Assembly (NCBI GenBank): GCA_016205975.1
Contig: JACQSK010000021.1
Span: 36,324 to 100,323, forward strand
Direction of reading: 5' to 3'
Origin: Candidatus Uhrbacteria bacterium
GTDB taxonomy: Bacteria > Patescibacteriota > Patescibacteriia > UBA9934 > GWF2-40-263
DNA length: 64,000 nt
Below the pieces are notes generated by a model, which was not told the origin of the DNA, ran no database searches, and saw nothing but the letters and a program-made list of their open reading frames with translations. This document shows positions 46,358 through 56,369 of the stretch, piece after piece. Numbering within the stretch: position 1 is the stretch's first letter; each line of letters starts with the position of its first letter. Both the position numbers and the translations under genes were made by a program.

Positions 46358-46882
46358 ATGAAACCGTACGAACTTTTTTACATTGTCCCGACGCTCTACA
46401 CAGACGCGGAGATCACAGGCATCCAAGCCGAGGTCGTGAAGCTCTTGGAGAGCCTGGGCGGCAAGGTGCTCCGACAGGAGAACCTCGGCAAGATCCGTCT
46501 TGCCTATCCGATCAAGGCCCAGCATCATGGGTCCTACACCCTGGTCCACTTTGATGCGGAGCCCTCGGCGCTTACAGAGCTCGACCGTAAACTCGGCCTC
46601 ACAGATTCCGTGCTGCGCCACACGCTCATCGCGCGTGCGCCAGGCTCACTGGAGAAAAAGTTTGAGCTCTCCTCGTATGTCGCGCCTCTTACGGAGGAAG
46701 CGAAGAAAGAACGCGAGAGCGCTCCGCGCCGCGCCCCGGCGCGTCCAAGCTTCCATAAGGCGCCGGCCTCTCAGGCCCCTGTGGCCGCGCCGATCGTTCG
46801 GGAAGAAGCCGCCATGTCCATGGAGGAGCTCGATCAGAAGCTCGACAAGATTTTGGAGGGCGACATTGCTGAGAATATTTAA
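46358..46882 (+). CDS. rpsF: 30S ribosomal protein S6 with Ala/Glu-rich C-terminal extension
   Basis: MKPYELFYIVPTLYTDAEITGIQAEVVKLLESLGGKV...GKIRLAYPIK matches S6; rpsF-ssb-rpsR order conserved. Confidence 0.9.
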   Translation: MKPYELFYIVPTLYTDAEITGIQAEVVKLLESLGGKVLRQENLGKIRLAYPIKAQHHGSYTLVHFDAEPSALTELDRKLGLTDSVLRHTLIARAPGSLEKKFELSSYVAPLTEEAKKERESAPRRAPARPSFHKAPASQAPVAAPIVREEAAMSMEELDQKLDKILEGDIAENI

Positions 46883-46893
46883 CGCTCACGACT

Positions 46894-47361
46894 ATGTATT
46901 CGCTCAATCGCGCGACCATCATCGGTAACCTCACTCGCGACCCAGAGGTCAAACAGACGCCCTCGGGCCAGAAGGTCTGCACCTTCGGAGTGGCAACCAA
47001 CCGTTCTTGGACAGGGACCGACGGCAAGAAACAGGAAGCCACGGAGTTCCACAACATCGTCGCCTGGGGGAAGCTCGCGGAAATCTGCGGGTCGTATCTC
47101 ACCAAAGGCCGCAAGGTGTACGTCGAAGGCCGTTTGCAGACGCATGACTGGGACGGACAGGACGGCGTGAAGCGCTACCGCACCGAGATCATCACCGAGA
47201 ACATGATTATTCTGGACCGCGCGTCAGGCACCGGCGCGGCGCCCATGAGCGCGGCCTCGAACCTGTCCGGTTCCGTCTTCGCGGTGCCCAAGGCTCCCAT
47301 GAAGGACGACCCGGCTCCTAATCCAGACGATGAAATTCGCATTGAAGATATCCCCTTCTAA
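46894..47361 (+). CDS. ssb: single-stranded DNA-binding protein
   Basis: 155 aa; OB fold NRATIIGNLTRDPEVKQTPSGQKVCTFGVATN..., acidic tail ending DDEIRIEDIPF. Confidence 0.9.
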   Translation: MYSLNRATIIGNLTRDPEVKQTPSGQKVCTFGVATNRSWTGTDGKKQEATEFHNIVAWGKLAEICGSYLTKGRKVYVEGRLQTHDWDGQDGVKRYRTEIITENMIILDRASGTGAAPMSAASNLSGSVFAVPKAPMKDDPAPNPDDEIRIEDIPF

Positions 47362-47364
47362 TCT

Positions 47365-47595
47365 ATGATGGAAAAATCACAGCCAGGAAAGAAAGAGAAG
47401 AAGTGCTTCTTCTGCTACAACAACATCCAAGACGTGGACTACAAGGACGTGAATATTCTGCGCCGCTTTCTCTCGTCTTTTGCCAAGATCGTTCCGCGCA
47501 AGCGTTCGAAAGTCTGCATGAGCCATCAGCGCAGCCTTTCCAATGCGATCAAGCGCGCGCGCATCATGGCGCTCATCCCGTTCGTTCAGAGGTAA
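47365..47595 (+). CDS. rpsR: 30S ribosomal protein S18
   Basis: 76 aa; ...KKCFFCYNNIQDVDYKDVNILRRFLSSFAKIVPRK... matches S18. Confidence 0.9.
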   Translation: MMEKSQPGKKEKKCFFCYNNIQDVDYKDVNILRRFLSSFAKIVPRKRSKVCMSHQRSLSNAIKRARIMALIPFVQR

Positions 47596-47598
47596 GCC

Positions 47599-48429
47599 AT
47601 GCTGTCCTTTGATGACCTCCGTCGCCGCCTGTCCCTGTGGCAGACGACCGAACAACAGATCCACGCGTTTTTCCAGGCGCGTGGTTTTGTTCATGTGCGC
47701 ACGCCGATGCTCGTCCGTTCTCCCGGCATGGAACCCCATCTCGATCCGCTGACCACGCGGCTGCATCTGATGCACCCAGAGCGCACCCAAGACGCAGGCT
47801 TCATCACGAGCCCTGAGTATTCCATGAAGAAACTGCTGGGGGCGGGAATGAAAAAAATCTACACGATCACGCCCGTGTTCCGCGACGGCGAGGCGCTGGG
47901 CCCGCACAACTGGCCCGAGTTCACGCTGCTTGAGTGGTATGCGCCTGGCGGGTATGCAGAGCTGATGAATGAAACAGAAGATCTGTTGAAGTTCGTGCTC
48001 GATGATCAGACCCCTTGGCCCCATCTGACCTATGCGGCTGCGCAGGTCGACGCCTTCGGGCAACCGCACACCGAGCACAACCGTTTTTTTGTGACGCAGT
48101 ATCCGCCCGAACAGGCTGCGCTCGCGCGGCTTTCTGAGGACGGCCGCACCGCCGAGCGCTTTGAAGCTTTTGGCGACGGGCTGGAACTCTGTAACGGTTT
48201 TTGCGAACTCACGGACGCGCAAGAACAGCGTCGGCGGTTCGAGCTCGAGCAGGCAGAGCGGCGCGCCATGGGCAAACGCGTGTTTCCTCTGGATGAGGAG
48301 CTGCTCAGCGCCCTTGAAAAAATTGAAGGCCCCGTGTACGGAAACGCGCTGGGCCTTGACCGGCTAATCATGCTCAAGTACGCTATCGCCGACATCCGCG
48401 ACATCCAGATTCTTAACACGCTCACGTAA
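47599..48429 (+). CDS. epmA: EF-P--lysine ligase EpmA-like (truncated LysRS class II catalytic-core paralog)
   Basis: 276 aa; class II motif 2 FRDGEALGPHNWPEFTLLEWY and motif 3 GLDRLIML; no anticodon-binding domain; immediately upstream of efp. Confidence 0.6.
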   Translation: MLSFDDLRRRLSLWQTTEQQIHAFFQARGFVHVRTPMLVRSPGMEPHLDPLTTRLHLMHPERTQDAGFITSPEYSMKKLLGAGMKKIYTITPVFRDGEALGPHNWPEFTLLEWYAPGGYAELMNETEDLLKFVLDDQTPWPHLTYAAAQVDAFGQPHTEHNRFFVTQYPPEQAALARLSEDGRTAERFEAFGDGLELCNGFCELTDAQEQRRRFELEQAERRAMGKRVFPLDEELLSALEKIEGPVYGNALGLDRLIMLKYAIADIRDIQILNTLT

Positions 48430-48432
48430 CGT

Positions 48433-48999
48433 ATGGCCTCACCAAACGAAATTAAAAAAGGCACCGTCCTGAACCGTAACGGTGAATTATGGATCGTCGT
48501 GGAATTCCAGCGCGTGAGTCCTGGGAAGGGAAGTTCGTTCGTGCGCACGCGGCTCAAAAATCTCAAGACCGGAAAGGTGAAGGAAGAAAATCTGAAGGCC
48601 TCTGAGAGCGTGGACTTTGAAAACGTCCTGTACAAAAAAATGCAGTACCTGTTTAACGACGGCAACCTGTATACGTTCATGGACAATGCTTCCTACGAGC
48701 AAGTCTCCATGGCCAAGGGTGAAATTGAAGACGCGGTGCCGTACCTCAAAGAAGGGCTGGACGTGACCATCGTCATGCACGAGGGCGTGGCGCTCACGGT
48801 GGACCTGCCGCAAAAAATCCAGTACACGGTTAGCTATACCGAGCCCGCCGTGAAAGGGGACACGGCCTCCGGGAATGTCTCCAAGGATGCAAAAATGGAT
48901 AACGGCCTCATGGTCCGCGTGCCCGTGTTCATCAACGAAGGCGAAGAGATCGTCGTGAATACGGAGACAAGCGCGTACGTCGAGCGAGTGAGTAAGTAG
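48433..48999 (+). CDS. efp: elongation factor P
   Basis: 188 aa; MASPNEIKKGTVLNRNGELWIVVEFQRVSPGKGSSFVRTRLKNLKTGK with the modifiable Lys in the PGKG loop. Confidence 0.95.
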   Translation: MASPNEIKKGTVLNRNGELWIVVEFQRVSPGKGSSFVRTRLKNLKTGKVKEENLKASESVDFENVLYKKMQYLFNDGNLYTFMDNASYEQVSMAKGEIEDAVPYLKEGLDVTIVMHEGVALTVDLPQKIQYTVSYTEPAVKGDTASGNVSKDAKMDNGLMVRVPVFINEGEEIVVNTETSAYVERVSK

Positions 49000-49011
49000 A
49001 GGTTTAACAAA

Positions 49012-49048
49012 AAAAGAGAGCCGGCCGGTTCTCTTTTATGTTTTTTTT
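49012..49048. terminator. bidirectional intrinsic terminator between convergent efp and fic
   Basis: agagagccggccggttctct hairpin flanked by A-run upstream and ttttatgtttttttt downstream. Confidence 0.6.
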
Positions 49049-49646
49049 GTCAATCCTGCGTAGATAACGCGACTCATGGCTGCATGTTCTGCTGACAACC
49101 CTTTCGAGCAAGCTCGTAAGTAGGTTTTATGAGAACGTTTGCTCCAGTCGATCAGATTGTAGCCATTGTTTACAGCCAGGATGTCCAAGAAAAGACGGAT
49201 CGTTCTTCCGTTTCCTTCTCGGAATGGATGCAGCGCGTTAAATTCGTTGTGGATCGTTGCAAGTTTGAGCGCTGCATGACGTCTGTCGTCAGTTTTGAGG
49301 AGGGCGTTCTTACGGAGGACACCCTTAAATGATTTCAGGGAGTTGTTGATAAATTTGATTGGCGCAAACAACACGTCATCTTTTGAAAGATCAACCGTAC
49401 GAATTTTTCCAGCCCATGTGTAGAGAGTTTCGAGAAAAATTTATGGATTGAACATAAAAATGCAAGGTCGAATGTGACCAGGCGTTTTTCGGTGAGAGCA
49501 AGGAAGTGCGTATAGGCATCACTGAGAAGGATTGTCTCGATGTCCTCAAGCGTCTTTTGATTTTTTATGTGAAGCTTATTTTTCAAAACACCATCCTCGA
49601 TGTCAGCCTGTCTGTCCGAGAGACTATAACGAGAAAGCCTTGCCAT
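49036..49646 (-). pseudogene. fic: Fic/Doc-family protein gene disrupted by a -1 frameshift in an A5/T5 homopolymer
   Basis: ORFs 49335..49646 and 49036..49374 are consecutive frames of one Fic protein: ...FLCSIHKFF | LETLYTWAGKIRTVDLSKDDVLFAPIKFI ... HPFREGNGRTIRLFLDIL (Fic motif HPFxxGNGR); restoring one T in the ttttt run at about 49436-49440 fuses them; region is low-GC. Confidence 0.6.
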
Positions 49647-49805
49647 ACTTTTTTAATAACTTGATGACCTTGGTATTTTTTTTTGCTCTATACCAACTCA
49701 GCCCCTCCATCTTTGAAGATCGAGTAACAGCCGTCTCACGGTCTTTCGTCGTCGTGGTCGCCGTCGATTTGTGCATAGAGTGTTTCCGTGACCTTATCTT
49801 AGATG

Positions 49806-49843
49806 ATTTTTCTTAAAGAGAAAAGCACCTCAGAAGAGGTGCT
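49806..49843 (-). terminator. intrinsic terminator
   Basis: agcacctc-agaa-gaggtgct perfect hairpin; minus-strand transcript then reads tttctctttaagaaaaa; 16 nt after the stop at 49859. Confidence 0.6.
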
Positions 49844-49858
49844 GGCGCGTGGAACGGT

Positions 49859-50524
49859 TTAACAGAACCGTCGTGGGAGGAATGGACGGCGCGTGGGGAA
49901 GCGGTGGCGCCGGATGGGTGCGGGCGGGCGAGGAGGCGCACAGCGGCTGGCTCTATGTAGCTCTGCCGCCTTGTGGGCACAGACGCCCAGGTGGAACAGG
50001 ATCGGCACGGGTGTCTCGTTTGCTTGGGGCGTGGCCCTGGCGGCCTCGATCCGTTCGAGCAATCGCCGCGCGGCTTCCTTGAGGCGGACGCCCAGCTCTA
50101 GGACGAGGTCAAACTTCTGAATGGCACCGTTTTTTGCATTCACGGAAGCGCCCAACAGGTTGTAGGGGCCGAAGTTGCGCAGGCGCGTCACGATCGTTTG
50201 GATCGCCTGAGCCACGCGCCTGCCGACACGGGCGAGATCCTCGCGGCGGTGAGAGGCGACGACTTCCAGGTAGACCCTGATGCCGCGGGCACGTTTGCTC
50301 AGCGCCGCAAGCGCGAAGTCCATGCGCTTGCGTTCATGCTTGCGCATGAGGGTCAGCTGAATCTCGAAGGCTGGGCGGCCGTGCTGCGGCGGGATCACGA
50401 AGTCGACCGCTTCCTTCACATCCTCCTCTCCCCAGGGAGCGGTTCGACGATGGGCGATGCCCAGTTCGTTGAGGCCATGACTGACAGCTTCCTCCAGGAC
50501 CAAGCCAGCTTTGAAGTACGCCAC
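49859..50524 (-). CDS. hypothetical protein (start uncertain, non-ATG)
   Basis: tool ORF 49859..50803 reads through the recA 3' flank; protein-like part begins near ...RNRYGGFRRVSVAYFKAGLVLEEAVSHGLNELGIAHRR... with only GTG/TTG starts available (GTG 50524, TTG 50503); C-terminal 60 aa Arg/Pro-rich. Confidence 0.35.
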   Translation of the reverse strand: MAYFKAGLVLEEAVSHGLNELGIAHRRTAPWGEEDVKEAVDFVIPPQHGRPAFEIQLTLMRKHERKRMDFALAALSKRARGIRVYLEVVASHRREDLARVGRRVAQAIQTIVTRLRNFGPYNLLGASVNAKNGAIQKFDLVLELGVRLKEAARRLLERIEAARATPQANETPVPILFHLGVCAHKAAELHRASRCAPPRPPAPIRRHRFPTRRPFLPRRFC

Positions 50525-50588
50525 GGAGACCCTCCGGAAACCACCATAGCGGTTCCTGCTTTTTGATGCAAGAAGAAAAAAACGGGCC

Positions 50589-51659
<1,071 letters not shown>

Positions 51660-51714
51660 AGTAAGGAATGATTGAGTTTCAAGTGGGATCAGCTTAACAG
51701 AGTGGGAGAGAGAT

Positions 51715-52131
51715 TCAAGCCAGCTTTTTCCAGATGGTATACAGTTGTTTGTCAAATGTTACGAGTCCGACCTTCCAGTTCAGAGCATGATAAAGCAGAA
51801 CCCAATCTGTGAGCGAGATTTTCGGTCGGTAGGCGTGGCGACTTGCCAGAGCAAATACTTGTCGCAGCGTGCACGCATCGACATCGCGGACGACAATGGA
51901 CGGGTCTTGATAAGCGGAATCGATGAATGCTTTTGCGAGCTCGCCTCGCTGTTTGTAGAAAAGGAACGTGACCATCTCTTCAATCACGGGTGTGAGAAGG
52001 ATGAGACTTTTTTGTTTCTCCTTGAGAGAATCTAGCGTTTGCTTTGCTCTTTCACACAACGCGTCCTTTGGATCGGTTACAGCAAGGAAGACGTTTGTAT
52101 CAATCAGACAGAGCGTTTCTTTCAAGGCCAT
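51715..52131 (-). CDS. vapC: PIN-domain ribonuclease toxin VapC-like
   Basis: ...[12 protein letters not shown]... (Asp1), VIEEM, SLTDW acidic residues in PIN order; low-GC; start could be 52131, 52143 or 52152. Confidence 0.7.
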   Translation of the reverse strand: MALKETLCLIDTNVFLAVTDPKDALCERAKQTLDSLKEKQKSLILLTPVIEEMVTFLFYKQRGELAKAFIDSAYQDPSIVVRDVDACTLRQVFALASRHAYRPKISLTDWVLLYHALNWKVGLVTFDKQLYTIWKKLA

Positions 52132-52387
52132 AGACGATGTCATCGATTTCATCGGTTATATTGCCCTTACCGATGGGTTGTTGATTTTTTTTTAGAACGT
52201 CCAGCCAGAGCCAAGGCTGTTGCCCGCTGCTTTTTTTTAGATCTTTTTTTTGTACTTCCCATGGTGTAAACACACCGATTGGTTTGCCGTGCTTCATAAT
52301 CACGTAGCGTTTAGAGACCTTGCCTTGCACAATGGCGGCAAAGTTTCGCAGGAAGTCTCTGACAGAGACGGGTTCAGTGGAAGTCAT
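52100..52387 (-). CDS. Phd/YefM-family antitoxin
   Basis: 95 aa; MTSTEPVSVRDFLRNFAAIVQGKVSKRYVIMKHGKPIGVFTPWE matches the Phd/YefM N-terminal fold; overlaps the downstream PIN gene. Confidence 0.55.
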   Translation of the reverse strand: MTSTEPVSVRDFLRNFAAIVQGKVSKRYVIMKHGKPIGVFTPWEVQKKDLKKSSGQQPWLWLDVLKKNQQPIGKGNITDEIDDIVYGLERNALSD

Positions 52388-52507
52388 AGAGAGAGGAGTG
52401 ATGACTTACGCCCTTACGCTATCACGCTGTCAGACATTTGTCAAACAATTGTCTGACACTGAGCCTGTCGAAATGTGGATAAAAAACTCCAGCGCGAGGC
52501 TGGAGGC

Positions 52508-53197
52508 TTAGTTTGAGAAACTGATTGAGTCGTCTTGCTTCAGTACCACGCGCCGATACTCGGTGGCTGTGCGCGAGTGGCGTTTGGCACTCTCGATTAC
52601 GATGACATTGAGCCCACGCTCCAGGGCAAGCTCGGTTTCAAACGATCCTGTTTGCGAGAGCAGCACGGTCTTGCCGTTGATGGTCACCTGCGCGCCGGCC
52701 TCTGCGTGGCCCGAGACGGTGACGTAGGCTTCCGAGGTGAGGAACCCGTCAGAGGGTTCGTAGACAAGGAGGTCCGGAGGGGAGACGATAGCGCGCACTT
52801 GGGAGCCGATGTAGGAGACGACGCTTATGGCGATCAAGGCGACCAGGAAGATTTTCACATAGCGGCTCGCGACCAGGAACTGCCACGCCCGGGCGCGCTG
52901 TCTGGGCAGGCGCGCGTGTTTCATGAAGTCGCACGTCCCGCATTCGCTTTCGAACTGTTCTAAGAAGTACCCCACGTCCCCGCCCAGCGCCCGCACGTAT
53001 GTTTTCAAGTAGTTGCGCGCGTATACCGGATCCGGCAGGCGTCCGAACTCGCCGCTCTCCAGAGCCGCGAGGAACGACTTGCGGATTTTCGTTTGTGCAG
53101 AAAGCTCCGACAACGTGAGGTTGGCGGAGCGTCGGATCGCCTTCAGCTTGGCGCCCAAGGTTTCTTGATAGTCGAACTTGCGAATCACGAAGGCCAT
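52508..53197 (-). CDS. RodZ-like HTH (XRE-family) membrane protein
   Basis: N-terminal HTH ...LTLSELSAQTKIRKSFLAALESGEFGRLPDPVYARNYLKTY as in RodZ; single TM (FLVALIAISVVSYIG); C-terminal beta domain. Confidence 0.65.
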   Translation of the reverse strand: MAFVIRKFDYQETLGAKLKAIRRSANLTLSELSAQTKIRKSFLAALESGEFGRLPDPVYARNYLKTYVRALGGDVGYFLEQFESECGTCDFMKHARLPRQRARAWQFLVASRYVKIFLVALIAISVVSYIGSQVRAIVSPPDLLVYEPSDGFLTSEAYVTVSGHAEAGAQVTINGKTVLLSQTGSFETELALERGLNVIVIESAKRHSRTATEYRRVVLKQDDSISFSN

Positions 53198-53209
53198 AGC
53201 GCTTCCATC

Positions 53210-55531
53210 TTAAGCCGCTTCCTCTTCTTCATCAACCTCTTCTTCTCCCTTGGCGGCCTGCACCCAGTTTTCGTCCACGGCTTCTTCCCAGTCCGTGGGC
53301 TTAATGGACGCTTCGTCGGACGAGGCCGATGCGTCCGAGGAGTCGTATGAACCACGGGAGGCCTCCTCCAGATCATCTTGCGCGGTGGGCATGGCCTCTT
53401 TTACATGGCCCCTTGGCGGCCACTCGTCCACCAAAATCTCTCGAGGCTTGGCGCCGGAGCCTGGTCCGATCACGCCGGCTTGTTCCATGAGGTCCATGAC
53501 CCGCGCGGCGCGGGCGTACCCCAGGCGCAGGCGGCGTTGCAGGAACGAGGTCGAGGCTTTGCCGGACTCCAACACCACCTGGATCGCCTCCTCAAGCACA
53601 GGATCGGAGTCGCCGTCGTCATCAAACACCGTGCCGGCTTTGGTGATCTCGGTTACGGCCATGTTGTAGTCAGGCTCGCCCTTGCGGCGCAGGAACGAGA
53701 CGACGCGTTCGATTTCGTCCGTGGAAACGAACGCACCTTGCAGGCGTTTGGGCTTGGCGATTTCCGCACAAGTGAACAGCATGTCACCGCGCCCAAGAAG
53801 CTTTTCGGCGCCCGACTGGTCCAGGATGGTGCGCGAGTCGGTCTGCGAGGCGACGGCAAAGGCGATGCGTCCGGGGATGTTGGCTTTGATGAGACCGGTG
53901 ATGACGTCCACGCTGGGGCGCTGGGTAGCGAGCACCAGGTGGATGCCCACGGCGCGCGCCATCTGCGCGATGCGCACGATCGTCGCTTCTACTTCGCGGC
54001 CGCTGGCGCTCATGAGGTCGGCCAGCTCATCGATCACCACGACGATTTTGGGCATGCGCTCCTGCGCCCGCGCGTTGTAGCCGGTAATGTCGCGCGCGCC
54101 GAACTTGGAGAGGATATCCAAACGTCGTTCCATCTCCCGCACGGTCCACTTGAGCGCGTTCACCGTGTCGTCCACGTTGGTGATCGGCGGCACAAGCAGG
54201 TGCGGTATGCCGTTGTAGATGGTGAGTTCCACGCGCTTGGGGTCCACCAAGATGAGTTTCAAGTCGTCGGGGCCGTTTTGGAAAAGCCATGAGAGGATCA
54301 TCGTGTTCAGGCATACGCTCTTTCCCGAACCGGTCGCGCCGGCCACAAGCAGGTGCGGCATTTTTTCAAGTGCAACGGTCAGCGTGTCGCCTGAGACGTC
54401 TTTTCCAAGAGGAACCGACAGCATCGAGCTGCGCGCCTTGAATCCCGGGCTCTCCATGACGTCCCGCAAGGTGACGGTCGCGACTTTCGTGTTGGGCACC
54501 TCGATCCCCACCAACGACTGGCCGGGGATGGGCGCCTCCATGCGCAGCGGGTGGGCGGCAAGGGCGAGCGCCAGATCGTTTTGCAAGCTCACGATGCGCG
54601 CGAGCTTGATCCCCTGGGAGGGGCGCAGCGTGTACTGGGTCACGGCAGGCCCCACGGAGGTCTTGCCCATCTCTACGTCAATACCAAACTCGCGAAAGGT
54701 TTTTTCGATGATCTCTTTGTGGCGCTCGATGTCGCCGGACTGCGCCTTGGATTGAGAGCGCTCGAGCAGGCTCAAGGGGATCGCGATCTCGCGGTGCTGT
54801 TTAGACGTGAGTGCGACCTCCGCGCGTTTTTTGTGGACGACCTCGGTGGCGTGAAACGGCTCGGCCGTCTCTTCTTCTTCCTCCTCCGGCTCCTCAAACA
54901 AATCCTCCCCTTCCTCCTCCTCTGCGCCATTTGCGCCCTCTGCGCCCTTTGTGTCCCCCACGCTCTCCCCGTGCATCCTCTCTCCGAGCCAGCCGGTCAG
55001 ATGCGCGTGCAATCCCAAGACGCCGCGCAAGGATGTGTTGAAGATGAGCAGAACCGACGTGAGCAAGAGGGCCGCCGTGCTCACCACCGCGCCCCAGTAG
55101 CCGACGAAGTTGGGAAGCAGGATCGCGAGGAACTGTCCGATGACGCCTCCGGCCAGTGTGAGGTCGTTTGTGAAAGGTTGCGCGCGTTCGACGAGGAAGA
55201 GGTTTAAGAGGGCATTGAAGGAGAGAAAGAAAAACAGGAGGCCCAGGTAATTCCAAGCAGAAAGCGTCCCACGTTCAGGATAGGCAAGGGAGGCGCCCAT
55301 GAGGATAAGGACGATCGGGACCAGGTAGCGGTCAATGCCAAAAAAGGCTGCCAGGAGCTCATGGATCCACAGCCCGAGGTTTCCGGCGATCTGGAAGAAA
55401 GACAAAAAGATGAGAGCCGCGGCGGCGAGCAGGAGAACGACCCATATCCCGCGCTTGGTTTCAGGGTTGATGCCAAGACCCAAGGGGTCGTCTCCCGTCT
55501 TGTGTGTCACCCGTTTTTTTCGTCGAGCCAT
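53210..55531 (-). CDS. ftsK: DNA translocase FtsK
   Basis: 773 aa; N-terminal 4-5 TM helices, acidic linker, alpha/beta motor (PHLLVAGATGSGKSV; Walker B VVIDELADLM), gamma winged helix, acidic C-terminal tail. Confidence 0.9.
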   Translation of the reverse strand: MARRKKRVTHKTGDDPLGLGINPETKRGIWVVLLLAAAALIFLSFFQIAGNLGLWIHELLAAFFGIDRYLVPIVLILMGASLAYPERGTLSAWNYLGLLFFFLSFNALLNLFLVERAQPFTNDLTLAGGVIGQFLAILLPNFVGYWGAVVSTAALLLTSVLLIFNTSLRGVLGLHAHLTGWLGERMHGESVGDTKGAEGANGAEEEEGEDLFEEPEEEEEETAEPFHATEVVHKKRAEVALTSKQHREIAIPLSLLERSQSKAQSGDIERHKEIIEKTFREFGIDVEMGKTSVGPAVTQYTLRPSQGIKLARIVSLQNDLALALAAHPLRMEAPIPGQSLVGIEVPNTKVATVTLRDVMESPGFKARSSMLSVPLGKDVSGDTLTVALEKMPHLLVAGATGSGKSVCLNTMILSWLFQNGPDDLKLILVDPKRVELTIYNGIPHLLVPPITNVDDTVNALKWTVREMERRLDILSKFGARDITGYNARAQERMPKIVVVIDELADLMSASGREVEATIVRIAQMARAVGIHLVLATQRPSVDVITGLIKANIPGRIAFAVASQTDSRTILDQSGAEKLLGRGDMLFTCAEIAKPKRLQGAFVSTDEIERVVSFLRRKGEPDYNMAVTEITKAGTVFDDDGDSDPVLEEAIQVVLESGKASTSFLQRRLRLGYARAARVMDLMEQAGVIGPGSGAKPREILVDEWPPRGHVKEAMPTAQDDLEEASRGSYDSSDASASSDEASIKPTDWEEAVDENWVQAAKGEEEVDEEEEAA

Positions 55532-55664
55532 AATGAAGACATTTTATCACATCCTGTGCAGAGGCTGTTTCATTGTTTGACATCTGTCTGCTCCTCGTCT
55601 ATATTCAGGCATCCGTTCCAGACTCTCTGGGCGGGCGCCCTTTCCATCAACAAAAGGGACTTCC

Positions 55665-56306
55665 ATGGACTTCTTGGCTTGGTACAACCTCATCTTTCTG
55701 ATCCCTCTGGCTACCGGCGTGCTCTTGATCTTCGGCAGCATGGCGGGGATCGGTTCCGATGCGGACACAGACGCGGACGCTGACCACGACGTCAACAACG
55801 GAGGCATCGGCCACGAAGTTGGCCACGATCATAACGACGAGAGCCGTCCCTTCCTCTCCGTGCTTTCCGCGCTGGGAGTGGGGAAGGTTCCGTTGTCGAT
55901 CGTGCTCATGATCCTGTTCCTGCTCTTCGGCGGGATCGGCATGATGGCGAACTTCCTCATGGCCGGGTTCATCGCCGTGTTCGAGCCCTTTGCCTTTGTC
56001 TCCGTCGCGGCTGGCTTCTTCGGGGCGATCTTCCTTTCAGGACCGCTTGCGCGCCTCCTGAACCGATACATGCCTTCTACCGAAACCTACGGCGACACCA
56101 AGGGACAGATGGTGGGCAAGACAGGCACCCTCGAGCTCGCCGCAGATGAAGAGCGCGGCTGGGCCCAGGTCAGAGATTCCAGCGGCTCGATCCGTCAGAT
56201 CAAGTGCCGGACGGGCGGTGGAACCCTTGCGAAGGGAACCGAAATCGTCGTGGTCCGCTATGACTCGCGCACCGATCTCTACACGGTCGCGAAAAATGAA
56301 CTGTGA
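55665..56306 (+). CDS. NfeD-like membrane protein (YqiJ/YuaF type), partner of flotillin
   Basis: 213 aa; hydrophobic N-terminal segments with an Asp/His-rich insert (DADTDADADHDVNNGGIGHEVGHDHNDE) and C-terminal OB-like domain (GQMVGKTGTLELAADEERGWAQVRDSSGSIRQIKCRT); immediately upstream of an SPFH gene. Confidence 0.6.
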   Translation: MDFLAWYNLIFLIPLATGVLLIFGSMAGIGSDADTDADADHDVNNGGIGHEVGHDHNDESRPFLSVLSALGVGKVPLSIVLMILFLLFGGIGMMANFLMAGFIAVFEPFAFVSVAAGFFGAIFLSGPLARLLNRYMPSTETYGDTKGQMVGKTGTLELAADEERGWAQVRDSSGSIRQIKCRTGGGTLAKGTEIVVVRYDSRTDLYTVAKNEL

Positions 56307-56369
56307 TGATCAGCCTCTCACGCTCATCCCGAGCGTGAGAACCTCAACCGTCAGCGTGGAGTATTCGTC